Assembly: GCA_032718475.1 (NCBI GenBank) | Contig: JAUCBJ010006701.1 | Location: forward strand, 67,698-131,697 | DNA from: Nemertoderma westbladi | Lineage: Eukaryota > Animalia > Xenacoelomorpha | Reading direction: 5' to 3' | DNA length: 64,000 nucleotides | Position numbers and translations under genes: made by a program | Shown here: positions 27,520-41,609 of the stretch, piece after piece | Position numbering within the stretch: position 1 is the first letter of the stretch | How the letters are laid out: each line of letters starts with the position of its first letter | Notes under the pieces: generated by a model | What the model was told of the DNA's origin: nothing | Database searches by the model: none | What the model saw: only the letters and a program-made list of their open reading frames with translations

Positions 27520-27677
27520 GCTTTGATGATAAACTTTATTGGGTTAATAAAAATCAATCACTTCCTTGGGGGCACTATAAAACAAACCTCAAAAAACCTA
27601 TAAAAATATCAAATATACCAATTTATGAAGAACCAAAAGGCGATGATGTTGATGATGAATTATCAAATAGTAAATAA
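27520..27677 (+). pseudogene. pPolB extreme C-terminus (part 2)
   Basis: SFDDKLYWVNKNQSLPWGHYK...* resembles the ALSxxDDKR...LPWGHY end of Maverick pPolB. Confidence 0.85.
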
Positions 27678-27947
27678 AAATATAAGTTGTAAGCAGATCA
27701 TTTATGGACTTAATTTAAAAGAATTAAAAAATCAATTGACAGGTAAAATTGTACTCAAACCTAATCAGTTTATATATAAGGTATTTGGTGCAACCATATT
27801 AATGTTTACAAATGGACGAATAACAATTCTCGGTAGAAAATATAATTTTAATAAAGTGAAAAAGCATATATTCGAAAAAACAAACATTAATTTGATTTTT
27901 AAATCAATCAATTTGTGTACTTATATTTTTAGTATCGACACCGTAAT
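27655..27947 (+). CDS. TBP-like protein, N-terminal repeat (interrupted by element C)
   Basis: YQIVNKNISC...LNLKEL...ATILMFTNGRITILG resembles TBP repeat 1 (TALIFSSGKMVCTG). ATG at 27655 overlaps the pPolB stop. Confidence 0.72.
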
Positions 27948-28279
27948 TATTAGAAGAGATACCGTATTCCTACTAATGCGAAGAGACGGTAACAATACCT
28001 GCAATATCCTACTGTAAAGTTTGTGAATCAAATCATAAATCCGACCTTCTCACCAAAACAGTAAACTCTAAGTAAGCGAATATATTGCAGTATCGATCTC
28101 TTATTACCGGTGAGGCAGAAAACAGTTTACGAGCAGACAAACTTCGATAAAACAAAATCCCGCGCAGCGAATCCTAAAATCAGGCTGACTCACTGACGGA
28201 CTAAGAGGCTCGTATACTTTGCCGCGGTGTGATTTATATGGTTGGGCAAAGGGACGCTAGCTAGGTACAGAGGCAGAGA
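27948..28279 (-). repeat. Partial 3' LTR of C (terminal ~332 bp)
   Basis: Matches 56951-57282 with about 1 substitution, then diverges abruptly. Confidence 0.9.
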
Positions 28280-29041
28280 CGAAAACTGCGCACAGGTGAC
28301 TTTGCTCGCAATATGGGACTTGTGGGGCGAGTCACTGGTTTCGTTTGGACGTTGAGAGACGGTGCGACTATTTCCTCGCAAATTCGTCTATTTGGCATCC
28401 CAAAACCTCGACCGATTCCTCGTGACCGATCAGTTGTCACTACAGTTGGTAGAACGTCTGGGAACGCGCGAGAAGCGGACGACGCAGACCCAAGAGTAGC
28501 TTGCGCCCCCTTCTGATCAGCTGGTGTGTGTCCCGATCCTCCTGTTGGTTCTCTAGGAAGCGATACCGTATCCCGAGTAATTCGAATAGTCGGCTCAGCT
28601 CCCTTGCGTTCTTCTATATTTGTTCGTTTCGTTGATTATTATATTATATTAAAATATTGATTGCATATAATTATAAAAGTAACAAAATATATTTCAATGG
28701 CTAAGGGCCAACATTGTCAATAATCCTAAAACAGTAATACTACTATATGATATAACTCTGTAAATACCTATAAAATTGAGATGTGATTGTATGATAATAT
28801 AATAATAGGCCTACAACAGTACCGGTACCAACATACGTAATGCAGTAACACATAGTGTACGGTAAATAAACTATATAAAGCACAACCTACATGTATGCAA
28901 TATTGTATGACTCCCCCCCCCCCATGTTTATTTCTATATTTTTTAATTTTGTTTAGGAATCCTCCGCCTTCAAGTACCGCTACGCTTAAATGGTCAACAT
29001 CTACTGATAGCCTTTTATTGATTGCCCGTGGGCCTAGTGAT

Positions 29042-32000
29042 TTAATGTATAAACTTTCCAAAATCTTCTATATTAATAATTTTCTTTAATTGTTGGCCCA
29101 CTTTCTGGACCCGTATGATCCTACCCTGTCCGTCCTCCCGAGGGTGACGTGCAGACGGCGCAACCGGAGTGGCTGGTATATTCGTCGCCTCTAGGACCTC
29201 CTCTTCCTCGAATATGCTCGCTCGTATACGTTTATGGTAAAACGCGGCTCGGTACGCCCATGCGACGGTTAACCAAGCTCCTTTATTCCGCTTTTCAGTT
29301 CGGAAACGATCGAATTCACCATACGTAATGCGATTAACGACTTTCTGAAAATTCCACGTGTTTTTGTTATCCGGGTGAATCTGTAGTAGATACTCGCGCA
29401 CTACTCGGAATCCACTGTCGTGGGGCAAAATATCGACTACCTCGATAAGTTCGTCATATTGGGGCATAGCGGAGATATATCCTTCCGACATCATCGTTTG
29501 GGGATTTACCCGTTTGGGCGCCCTCATCGGAAACCGTCTTCTTTGCGCCGATACATGTTCGTCGGCTAAATCTTCCCACTCATCGAATAATTTTCTCACG
29601 AGTTTTACAGATTCGTGTTCATAAGGTATGTCTCTTAGTTGGCATTCAGATGCTCGATGCCCTTTTATATTGCAATAAGTACATTGAGCCATAAATCTCC
29701 AGCAAGTATAAAAGGTATGAGACCCTTGATCTCCACACCATCCACAGATTAGCTGAGTCGTAGTAATGTGCTTTCCACTGCACTTGGTCATATGATGTCC
29801 AGCGACGCCACATTTACTACACATCGTATTGGCAGGGTACCACACTCGTTCGTATATAAGATCTCCAATCGGTCGAGCGCTTCCTCCCACACTATAATCG
29901 TAATCATCTGGATCTATGGGTTGGTAGGTTTCTGAAGGTTGTATACAAACTATAGCATCTGTTGCTTCAAGTTGTCGAATCTCCGTCTGAGATTTCTTCG
30001 GGAGGTTCCTTTCTATCTCAAGAAGTTCCTCTAAAGGATCGTCAGCGATCGTAGTAGTTACTTCGAAATCATCACCAAGGTGACCGATAGGCGCGCGCGT
30101 CTGCCGTGATTCATCCGTAATCTCCACGATACGTTCTCCTTCATAGGGTAACAATGTAAACATAGATGGTCTTTCGATAAGAGATCCCGCACAGCGAAGA
30201 TACACGTCTCGAAATATACTAAATCCTGCTCGAGTAAAGGCATTACACTGAGCGTCGGAGTTGTAGAAGGGTTCAAGGAATCGTCTAAACACGTCGGTAT
30301 GAATTCTCCCTTCCATGTAGAACGTATGATCTTCTCCGAGACAAAGTGGATGTCTTTTGAGAGTCCGAGACACAATGTCGGCGATTAGGCAAACATTCAC
30401 TGACGACTCTATTGCTAAATAATATTGTAGGACCGCTCTTGGAGGTGACGTAATAGCCCAATACACGCATCCTCTCCATTTAAGCTGTGATTCAAACTCA
30501 CTCATATCTGGAGTATCACCTTCTCCATAAGTCTCAATATACTTGTTTCTCTTACTTTCCTTATAATCCCAATTGAATAACAGGTAGGAAATGTATCCAG
30601 TTCCAGTCTTCTGAGTATTATACTCACGAAAATATCACAGACCACAAAATCATAGACCACAAAATAAGAGGTCGAGTGTCGACGTAAGGTGTCGGTAGTC
30701 GGTCATCGCTGTCCGTCATGCCGGCGAAGTCGCTAATTAAGTCCTCCCTTACTCCTGATCCAATCTTTACAACAGTTTTATCTAAAATCATGTTTCTTAC
30801 CATCTTCGGTAGCATTCTAGCGTCGATATTACAAGCTTGGTCCATCTTCTTTACTATGTCAGTGATAAGATGGTGTCGCTTTGTAGTCGCTGGAGGTATC
30901 GGCATTCGTTTGTCGCTCCTCTGTCTACTGAAAACGTGCAGGACTCCGTCCGCCGCTCTAATTTGTATAGTCTTAGAAGTCAAACTCTGCTGATGACTGC
31001 CGCCCTCGTTATCGTAAAACATGTAACCATTTTCCTGAAACGATCTAAACGTTCTATTCCATTCATCCAACAATTCTTCCGAAGGTTGCCAAATCTTCTC
31101 ATTGTCCTTATCATCTTCGAAACGAATAACCTTACCTCGCCAATCTGCAGCAATATCTGTATCCGACTCGAAGGTTCCGGTTCCAATCCATAAACGAATC
31201 GTCTTGGTTAAATATCCTTTCAAATTACTCGGAGCTATATCGGCACCAGCTCTATCCAGTTCCTTAAAGTCTTGAATATGAGGTGGAACGTTGTACACGA
31301 CCTTTTGAGTAATATGTCTACGTAAATCATATATCTTACTCATATCGCTGAAAACAACTGCAGGAAGAAACTCCAAGTTTGAAATGATTTCTGGATGATC
31401 CACGATGGGTATTTCGTTCGTCGTATCCTGTCGGACTGGTATACTAATAGGAAAATTGAGTGTCGTACTCAATGGTTTCGTAGTTGAAGTACTATATGGT
31501 TGCATTTCTCTTGTCCTCTCCGGGGATGCAATCTGTAGTCTCTGAATAACGTTTTGAGCAAAGTTTATGCTCTCGAAAACTTCCGGTGTCATCTCCTTAG
31601 CTGGAGTTTGATCGTGTGACGTCCAATGGTAAGGTAGGCTCGCGAGTCTTCCGCCCCATTCTTCCATCTCACCTTTCTCGAAAGCCTTGTAGGCTCTGTA
31701 TAGGCTAAGAGCTTCTTTCTTTTCGCGGGTTGACTGATTTGCCTCGTCCAGCATAAGTTCAAATACATCGGGTTCAACAACCTTAGGTGGGTAAACGACA
31801 ATTTCTCCCGCCTTTGGTCCGGTCATAGCAAATGAATGATATGGGTTCGATAAAGGATACCCTCCTTCCTGGTAGCGTAGTTGTTGATGGTTCGAACACC
31901 TCGCCAATATCGGTTCGGGATTTTCCTTATTCAAACGCATTGGAATCGCATTTCGTTGTTCGCGCATACAAGAACCGCATTGATAATAAAGTTTATAAAC

Positions 32001-32423
32001 TGAAAATGCTTCCTTGGTTTCTCTATCGTCCCCTCGAGTTCGTCTGTAAAGGTGCATTCCATCGAATTCGTCTCTTACCGCGGGCATAGGTTCGTGCGCC
32101 TTTAGGTATTGCATGGTATGATACAAACGACTAATTTCAGTATCGGGGTCTTCGCTAATGTCTCCCGTATCACACAAAGCGTCGTACGGGTAAAGTTCGT
32201 TGAAGGTTTTGCGCAAACTTTCGATTCTTTCGTTTAATGCATTTTGTCTTCTCTTTAATACATTCGAGTCATATTTAGTTCTCGCGAGTTTCGCTGTACT
32301 TTCCGATAATTCCTTTATACCAAATATAGTGTAGTCCTTGGCTCCAAATCTTTCGAATGGCGCTGCTGCCTCCTCTTGGATATCATATCCCCATCTCGGC
32401 TCTCCTTGTATCCCTTTCTCCAT
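29042..32423 (-). pseudogene. C extra ORF (~1130 aa): novel N-terminus + 3'-5' exonuclease + 3 CCHC knuckles; one frameshift near 30630
   Basis: FYDNEG, IQIRAADG, LPKMVRNMILDKTVVKIGSGVREDL, YVDT, YYLAIE; CSKCGVAGHHMTKC, CGWCGDQGSHTFYTC, CTYCNIKGHRASEC. The bridging frame IFREYNTQKTGTGYISYLLFNWD aligns with B. Confidence 0.82.
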
Positions 32424-33082
32424 AATTAGGGGTGTAGTTACATAATCATTACTACTAGAGGGAATACAACAGAGTTTGTAGTTAGTTGTGAGGAGACGTG
32501 AGAGTTTCGTCTGCCCTTTGGGCTCGACAACGCTCTAACCTCCTACCCATAGCCTAAGATCTAGGGTTTCTTTAATGACACGCTGCTTCTTATCTAAAAT
32601 TTTTTGCCGAAATAAAAACGAATTTGGGCTAAACTGGCTGTGAGTCTAAAATACTCACTTTTTGATCCCAAACTATTATCAGAAAATAAGCAATCAAGAA
32701 TTAGTAATAAATATAGGGGAGTCTATTTTGACGTAACTTATTGAAACAAGACCGTGTAAAATTTAATTAAAATTTTAAGAAAGGCTCGCAAGTCTTCCTC
32801 TCTTGTTTCTCTAATTTTAAGTTCCACCCGACTGTACCCTGAAATCTATTCACTGGAGAAAATTTTAAAAATTTTTCAAATCCAAATGGATTGTCTAAAA
32901 TTTCGAAAATGTCTCAATATTGTGAGTTCCAAGTAGAATTCCATTTCTTATACCTACAAATCCCGCTCCTATGTGACACATAAGGGTACCACCCTCAATG
33001 TTCACATATAAAGACAATGGAATTCTACCGCTGTCCTTACTACGGTGTACAGGTACGTGGAAATCTATTTGTAAACTCCTAA

Positions 33083-36000
33083 TTATTTACTAATATTAGG
33101 TGGAGATTTGTAGTCTCCAGAATCGTTACGAGTCTCTTCAAGAAGTACGAGACGTTGAGTCGGTCTGTCTACTGTACGACCGTCAATTGTCCGTACCGTC
33201 ACAGTTCTTGTCACTCCATCCATAGATGGATGTGTGGCTAAAATTACACCTGTTATCCAGAAGCGTCTTTTTAGATTCACTTCCGCTAACAGCACGTGAT
33301 CTCCCGGCTTTAATGCGCGGGTGTTATTGTACCAGTTTGTTCTGGCAGAAATAGAGGGCAAATAATGGTTTTGCCATATTTCCCAGAATTTGTTAGCCAG
33401 TAGTTGCGTGATTTTCCACGCTTTTCTACCGTAGCTATCGCCTTCTATTGGAATAGAAATAGGCGTCAAAGTCGTCGGTGCCTGCATAAGCAGGTGTGCC
33501 GGTGTTAATGCAAACTGGGATTGTTTGTCATCGGGTACTAATACTATTGGTCTAGTATTTAGTATTGCCTCGATTTCAACAAACAATGTTGTCAGTTGGT
33601 CGTCTGTCAATATGTGGTTTACTGGAATGACCTTTGCCATGGCTGTCTTTATAGATCTAATCAATCTCTCCCAGACTCCGCCTCTCCATGGACTATCTGG
33701 AGGATTAAACTTCCAAACAATCTTGTAAGGACGTAGTTCGTTTGAGATTTGATCATGATCTAATTTCTTAAAGGCTCTAGCAATCTCATTTCGAGCACCA
33801 ACAAAGTTTGTCCCTTGGTCTGAGTACAAGCATTTCACTAGTCCGCGTCTAGCGATAAATCGCCGCAATGCTAGTATAAACGCGTTGGTAGAAAGATCCA
33901 TCACTCGTTCAATATGAACTGCCCTACTGGACATACATGTGAAAATCAGTCCCCAGCGTTTTACTAGTATACGTCCACGTTTCGTATGTATGGGACCAAA
34001 GCAATCAATTCCAGTCTCTGTAAAAGGTGGTCTGAATGCTTGAAGTCGTGCTTGTGGAAGTTCACTCATTTCTTGGGTACCTATTCTAGAATGTACCTTT
34101 TTACAAATAATACACGTACGTGTCACTGAACTTAATGCTTTACTGGGTCTAATTAATACAAATCTTGTACGTAAGTAGGAAAGACAGTGGTGTCTTCCAG
34201 CGTGTTTCAGATGTAAATGTGCGTCCAGTATCATTGCACGTTGTAGTTCGTGATGTTGCGGTATTATTATTGGGTATCTAAAGTTTGTGTTAAAGTCAAT
34301 GTTTTGAAGCCGAGATTTATGACAAATTAAGCCATTATAAATAATCGGACTCCAACTCAGTATTGGTGACGACTTGATTGGTTGACCTTGATTTATAGAT
34401 GTGAATTCGCGCGCGAAATATCGCAGTTGGTAATGGCGAATTAATTTAATTTCACACCTGTCAATCTCAGCCAATGTAAGTCGACGTGTAAAGTCGCGTT
34501 TGCCTTTAACGTATTGTACAAAACGTACAATCCACGCTAATTTTCGGCAAGCGTTTGTCCAAGAGTCTGTTAAGTTTACAATACGGTCGACGTGAGTATT
34601 TGTGACGTCATCAGGTAAGTCAATGGAGATTTTGGAAGGTTTTGATTTACTAGAAGGGCCCACGGGTCCGCCGGTAAGTATTCCCTTGTTGACTGTTGAT
34701 CCGTCCGGGTCTACAAGTAATTTGTCCTTCTTCGTCTTCCTACCTTGGTTGTCAGTACTTTGTAAGTCGATCGTTAATGGTGGTTTGAACTCTATGGGGT
34801 CACTGGGTTTCGGTAAACTTAATTTTCTGCCGATATTAATCCCAGGTTTCACCATAGGTTGCAAGTTCGGTATGTCTCTTGAGCGCAAAGTAACACCTGT
34901 ATTTACATTAGCGTAGGTACTACCCACATCTGTAATACATGAGGTTTCACCGTGCTTGTGGTTGCTCAAGTGTGTCAAATTTGGTAGTTTGTCAATACAA
35001 GGCCGCTCCAATAGGGAAACTGCGGCTTTACTGTTTGTCAATATGTTACTAGTGTCTGGTAGAACATTTTGTGACATGTCTGGTAAAATGTTTCGCGGAA
35101 CATCCGGCGAAATATCTAGTGACGTGTCTGGCAAAACGTCTGGTTGACCGTCTAGTAACGTGTCTGGCGATACGTCTGGTAACGTATCTGGTTGTTTGTC
35201 AATAGAAGGCCGCTCCAATAGAGAAACTGCGGCTTTACTGTTTGTCAATGCGTTACTAATGTCTGGTAGAACGTCTGGTTGACCGTCTAGTAACGTGTCT
35301 GGTTGACTGTCTAGTAACGTGTCTGGTTGACCGTCTGGCGATATGTCTGGTGTAGAAAGGCTCGCAAGTCTTCCGTTCTTGACCTTTGAAGTTATATCTT
35401 TCCATTTCGCCTTCGGTTTCTTCTTGAGTTTAGCCGCCGTCTTTTTCTTTGCTTTCCCTTTCTTTGGTTTTTTGATTTCCGCGTCTTTAGGGATAGTGTT
35501 AGACTTGTTGTCATATAGTGGTGGCCAATCTTGTGTCGATTTCTGCAAGAATTGGGGTCCATGTTGCCAAAATTCTTTGTTCTCCGGTTTACAGAATTCC
35601 TCAGGCATCATTCCTCGCGACGCAATATCGGCTGGGTTTTGTGGTCCGGGACAATGTCGCCAATCTTCCTTTATTGAACGGTCTAGAATTTCCGCGCGAC
35701 GGTTAGCTACGAATGTCTTGAATTCAAGTGTGTCGTTGTTTATGTAAAATAAAACCAACGTCGCGTCAGTCCAATAAAATATCTGTAAACTTGACTGTAG
35801 TTCTGTCTGTATAAGGTTCACGATGGTGGTTGACAGGGTTGCAGCTTGTAGCTCAGCTCGTGGTGTCGTCATATACTTAGTAGGCATTGTTTTTGCCTTA
35901 GAAGTAATGAGCGAAACATCGAATTCTTCTGAGTCTACTTGTCTGCGCAAGTACGCAGCCACACCAAAACCGTTGTCACTGGCGTCAGAAAAACAGTGTA

Positions 36001-39000
36001 ATTCCAAGTTGTCAGGAAATGTTGTTTGTAATGGAAAGTAGACTCTGGGTATGGAATAATCCTCTAGCGAAGATAATTCCGCCTCCCAGGTCTTCCATAA
36101 GTCCACTTGGTCTGATGAGATCGGCTCGTCCCATGTCAGTCCATCCTTCCAAATACTGCGCATATAAATGCGGGCTTGCAGTATTATTGGACTGATGAAT
36201 CCTAATGGATCGAACAATCGGCTCAATTTTGACAAGCATGATCTCTTTGTCAGTGTGTTTTCTTGACTGTCCAGTCTCACCTTCACTCGAAAGTTGTCCG
36301 TGTTTGGGTCCCAAAAGAGCCCCAACACCTTGGTCGTCGGTAGTGGTTCGAACTCTAGGTCTATGTCACCACCTCCACGCTCAGTCGTTCCGAATGAGTC
36401 TACTAATTCGGCACTGTTTGAGGCGAATTTGGTGAGGTTAAAACCTCCGCCCGCTAAGCAGTCCCGTAATTGATGTGCTACTGTTGTAGCACGTTCTACT
36501 GTGTCGCAACTCTGTAAACCGTCGTCGACGTAAAAGTCACGCTCCACAATCCTAATTATCTCTGGGTCATATAAATGTTTCTGATCCCTAGCGGCTTGTT
36601 TTAGGGCGTACATCGTACAGTTTGGGCTGTCTCTGGCACCGAAAACGCGAACTTGCATTTGGTAAGTCGCCGGTGGTAGACTTAAGTCTCCTTCCGGATA
36701 CCAGAGGAACCTCAAACTGTCTCTGTCTTGCTCTAACGCTCTCACTTGGTGAAACATAGCTTCAACGTCACAAGTAAAAGCTACTTGACGCTGACGGAAG
36801 CGCATAATCACCCCCATAAGATAATTATTCATGTTTGGTCCATCCATCAACTCGCTATTGAGGGACATTCCCTCAAACAGAGCCGCACAGTCATTGACTA
36901 CACGTACTTTGTCTGGTTTGTCGGGGTGTCTCACATAGTGATGTGGCAGGTAGTATGTCTGGTTAGTCACTATCTCTGGGTTAGTCATTCGGATAGCGTA
37001 TCCCTTAGTCAAATACGTCTCCATCTGAGTGTTGTACTGCAGATGGGCTTTCTCGTCCTTTAATAGACGTTGTCGTATTGAGTGTAGACGTCTTAAAGCT
37101 AGTGGGTAGTTATTTATAAGTTTAGGACTTTGGCTACGCCATAACATCCCCACCTCATAATGTCCGTCTTTCGTCTGGCGGATAGTATCTTCCATGATCC
37201 TCAAAGATTGTTTCTCCTGTTCCGACATACATGGTTCGTAGCTACCAGGTTCAGCTGTATCTTGTTCTAACCACCTGATAGTCTTCTCCGTTAATTCTTT
37301 GTCCAATGCAGCTTGTTCCACTTGATGATTTCTCAACGCGTCATCATCGATATCGACGGGCATTGTTGAGGTTGTTGGGGTAGGTAGACTCGCAAGCCTT
37401 CCGGCGTTATCATCTGTCGTCGATGGAATCTCTAGCTGACTCGTCTTCTCCCCAAGTTCTAAACTCACCTGGTGAATTAGCTGCTCCTTGTGACTTATCA
37501 TACTAGTTACACGTCTGTCATGTTTTGTATGTAAGGTAGTATGGTCCACGTCGTGTGAAAAGGAATGAATTGAATTTGTAGTTAATAAACTACATGTACT
37601 TTGTACATCGTCTTCCTCGTCACTTATGTCCAGTGTGCGCACAGGCGCTCGAGTATACCACCCTATCGGCGTTCTACAGGCGTATGCGTTTCCCGCTACG
37701 ACTGCCGATGGTCTGGTTTCCCACACTTGATGTAGGTTGAATTGGTCTGTCCCGATCAGCATGGCTACCGATCTATAATTGACAGGACATTCAGGTACAC
37801 CAAGGTGTCTGAAATACTTACGGTCCTCCAAGGATTGTTCTGGGACAGGACCTAGTAGGTTACTAAAGTCTTTTGTGGCCGCAAAAGTCAAATCCTTGAA
37901 GGGTAACAAAGACCTCTCCTTTTCGCTGTGTTGCGATTTTGGAAGAAGAGTGTCTAAGTTTAACTTAACTCGTGTCACTGGTATTGCACGTTGTCCGTGC
38001 ATACTACTCACGGTGTAACTGACGCGCTTACCTTGTCTGAGATCCGTCACTACATCAGCTATCTGCTCATCCACGTAGCTGTGAGATGAGGCTGAATCCA
38101 GGATAGCGTAGATTCTCTTGCTCCCCTTTGTGCCAGTAATCTTAATCGGAATTACACTGAATCCCTTTAGTTGGTCAGTCGTCAGAAGCGCGATCGATGG
38201 TTGTTCGTCTCCATCAGAATATACGTCGTCGTCTTCTGACTCTTCGTCCGACGATCCGGATTGTTCTGAGAAGCAATCCTTTATATGTGTCACAAAGGTT
38301 GGAGTCGTTTTCGATTCTCGATTTTTGTAGGCCGCATCACATCTCGCTGCTGCTTCCGGGTGTTCCCTGGCGAAGCGTTTTGTCGGCGTGTGGCTGTCTG
38401 TGTGGAGCAGACCGTCGTGGTTGCGTCCACAGGATGGACAAGTGTCGGTATTTGGGCAATCTTTACGGACGTGTCCGTGTCGCGTACACCGCCAACAAGA
38501 GTCCAATGGCCGTATCTGCAGCCGTCGTTCTTCCGAGTTTAACTCGCGAAACTGTCGACAACCTCTCAACTTGTGACCGATATACCGCTTGCCCAAATGC
38601 TCGCAGTATTGGCAGCCGCTGAAGTCGGTACCGAGTTGCTGTCTAGTCTGTTTTGTCCCAATGGGCGCAGATACCCTACTACCGTCCGAGAATTGTCGGG
38701 TTTCCGTCGGTGTGGCGTAAGTGGCCGTCTTGGTGGATGTTGTCTGGGGTTTTTGTCGGTTTGAGGATGGCAAGGTGATTCCTTCTGCCACGATGTGCTG
38801 GTCAGTGTAGTTGGATCGAGTTTCTACCACTGCTTCCCTGGATATCAAAAGGTACACATCCTCCAGTTTTAAGAATCCACCCCGCTCTTCCCGCTGGTAT
38901 TCAATCTTCCTCCACTCCCGACGAAGTCGATGGTGGAGTCGTCCTATGATCTTTAATAGGACTGTAGGGGTATTCCCGTAGTCAAGTTGTCCAATGGATC

Positions 39001-40367
39001 TCAAAGTAGTGATAGCGTTCTTTATCTCGTCAGCCAGTTTCAATAAGTCTACGGGTTTAGTAATAGCCCCTCCCTTACAGAGTTCCTCTATCACTGACCT
39101 GGCCATGCTGACTGTACCTCCGTAGATCGAAGTTAAACGATCGTACGCTAGTTCGAAAGCGTCCGGTACACCAACGAAGGTCTCCGCCAAATGTTTAGGT
39201 TCTCCTGACAACGTTTGAAGCAGGTAATTAAACTTCTCCCGTGATGTAAAGGCGCACACGGCGATCTGAGATTCGATATAGTCTACGAAAGTGTGCCAGT
39301 GTTTTGAACTACCGGAAAACTTCGGTGGTTGTTGTACCGGCAATCCCTGTCTGGCTGCGAATTTCGCTATCTCCTCGGCAACGTTCAGAGTTTCGCGTCC
39401 TTGGTTGGTAATCTGGTTGATATCCCTTCTTGGCGCTTTTCCCTGATACGATGTGTGTTTTGAAGGTACCGGTCTTTGTGGTTCCTTCGGGTGTCTATTG
39501 TGTTCGAATTCAGTGTTCCTCGAACTATCGGTTTGAACTTCCTCCAGACGTTCCTCAATCTGAGCCAACTTGTTAACAACTGGTCGCAGGATGTCGGCGA
39601 ACTGTTGTGTACTGATTGCGTCCGTTGGTTGTAACGCCTTCTGTGTTGGTGTATTCTGTGGAGGATTGTCTACAAAGGAGTTGTCTGAACGCTCGCGTTT
39701 ATATTCATCGGCCGCCCCTGTTCTAAATACCTCGCGTTTCGGGTAATCCGATTCGCTCGAAGTACTACTATCATCTGGATATGGTGGTCGACGTGTTCGC
39801 GTCCGTTGCGTCGTCCGAATTCTAACGTTTCGTTTCGGAACATCGTCCACTGATCTCCGTTGTTCGGTAGGCTCACAAGTCTTCCTCGAAGTCGTAGATT
39901 GCGATGTAAATTGGTTGAACGGTCGCGTATCCACTGGTCTCCGTTGTTCGGTAGGCTCACAAGTCTTCCTCGAAGTCGTAGATTGCGATGTAAACTGAAC
40001 CGGTGGGCGAATGACAGCATTTGAATCAACTGGCCTTGTAGGTCGAAACGTCATTGGGTAAGCGTAGTGTGTAACGGGTTTAGGTGTCGACGGTGGACTC
40101 ACCTGTTTAGTCGTCAGTAGTGCAGGTCCGGTCAATAAACTACTACGATCTGTAATCGGTGGGTTACTTACCTTGACTTTCAAAATAGGCGACGACGTTG
40201 CTCTTGGCGGTGTAAACTTGTCCGGAATAACAAACCTGTGTTCCGTCACACCATGGATAGGAGAAATATCACTACTACCCGCAATCGAAACAGGTTTCTT
40301 AGTCATAATTGGTGCAAACATAGGAGTTACTTGTGGGAATCGTTGACACAAGTCTTTTACTAATTGT
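33083..40367 (-). CDS. gag-pol: C gag-pol, major C-terminal part (gag core, protease, RT, RNase H, integrase)
   Basis: CWRCTRHGHVRKDC, ILDSAS, FYVDD, LHCFSDAS, HLHLKH..CIIC, GIDCFGP/SDQGTNF/WERL. The first ~42 aa of the ORF-track call are A2 LTR sequence. Confidence 0.93.
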
Positions 40368-40905
40368 TGTGACGGGCTCCAGGAGGGATCCCGATTTATC
40401 CGATGTGGTAATTTAGTCCACGCGTCCCCGCCGTGTATAAGGGTGAAATAAAGTGACTGAGTTCTGAAGTTCGGTGTATAATAATAATAGGGCATAGGAT
40501 ATAGATATAGATAATGTGTACAAGGCGGGATACGGTAACTAAAGTCCCGTGATCCCCTAACTAAACTAATTGGCTGTACCCTACGCTAGCACTGCTGCAC
40601 TGAGATAACTGCATCACTGATTAATAGGTTATTGGTTATATTGCACGGTGGCCTTACTGCTACTCAATCGATGCCGTTCCCCCCTCTGATTGGTTAATAC
40701 CCTTGTTGGCGCCCCGTGGAGTATTCCCGTTCACTCCACCTGTTCTCTCTGGGTTAGGGGTTTGGCCCCTGACCCTCTGTTGTGTGCTTCCTTCCCACTC
40801 TTATTGGGAAGGCACGAGTTGGTTAATTGCCCAATCTCGTGGCTCCCAATATTGCTTATCGGCTAATAACTTTATGGGGTGTTGGCGGGATTGAATAAGC
40901 TAACA
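40368..40905 (-). repeat. 3' LTR of A2
   Basis: TGTGACGGG...GCTAACA, homologous to 54144-54691. Confidence 0.95.
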
Positions 40906-40943
40906 CTCCCCCCCATGCTATCTTCCCGGTAAGAAGATAGCAT
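40906..40943 (-). promoter_or_regulatory. Polypurine tract of A2 preceded by a perfect 11-bp hairpin
   Basis: Minus strand ...GGGGGGGAG|TGTTAGC; inverted repeat ATGCTATCTTC (40915-40925) / GAAGATAGCAT (40933-40943). Confidence 0.8.
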
Positions 40944-41609
40944 CAACCAAAAAAAGTGCGCTACAATCCCGCTGGATCCCGATCTAGTATCGGGTGTGGG
41001 GTGGAATTCTTTTCTCTTGGAGCCGGCTTTCCAGGCCGCCCCCTATGGGTATGATAACGCTACCCTGTGTGCCTGGCGTCTCATGTCGGGCCGATCGCGC
41101 TCACCTCTTCACACGACTTTTGTTTCCCCAACACTTTCGCCCTATCTCACCTTCACTCTCACCCTAACTCTCTCACATTCGGACCTCCTCGTCCCTTACT
41201 CAGCCTCTTATTCCCCCCCCCCACACTGGAATTGCATCGGCACTCTCTCCGCACTCCGCACTATTATTCCGTCCCTCAACCTCACATCGACTGTCTCTTT
41301 CCTTCTGACGAATCTCCCCCCCCTCTCGTGCCGTCGCACTCAAGAAGTGTGAAATTGTCTGGCGTCTCGTCCATAGTGCCATAGTCAGTTATCCCCCAGT
41401 CCCACTAGCTAGTTGAGAAAGGTTGTATGACTATAGTACTTACTCCGATCGTGTATTTTACTGCTAATTACTACGTATGTACATACGAATTGCACTTATA
41501 TGGTTATTTGCATTAATTAAATTTATACTTAATAGTTCGTACGTTACATGCGGCGCCTTCCAGGCGCACCACGTCCCAGTCTCAGCCTCATTCCCTCGCC
41601 TCCGGGAAC

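Noticed and set aside
40368-40495. N-terminus of the 2470-aa ORF
   Set aside because: It is read-through from the A2 LTR; the true N-terminus is at 56141.
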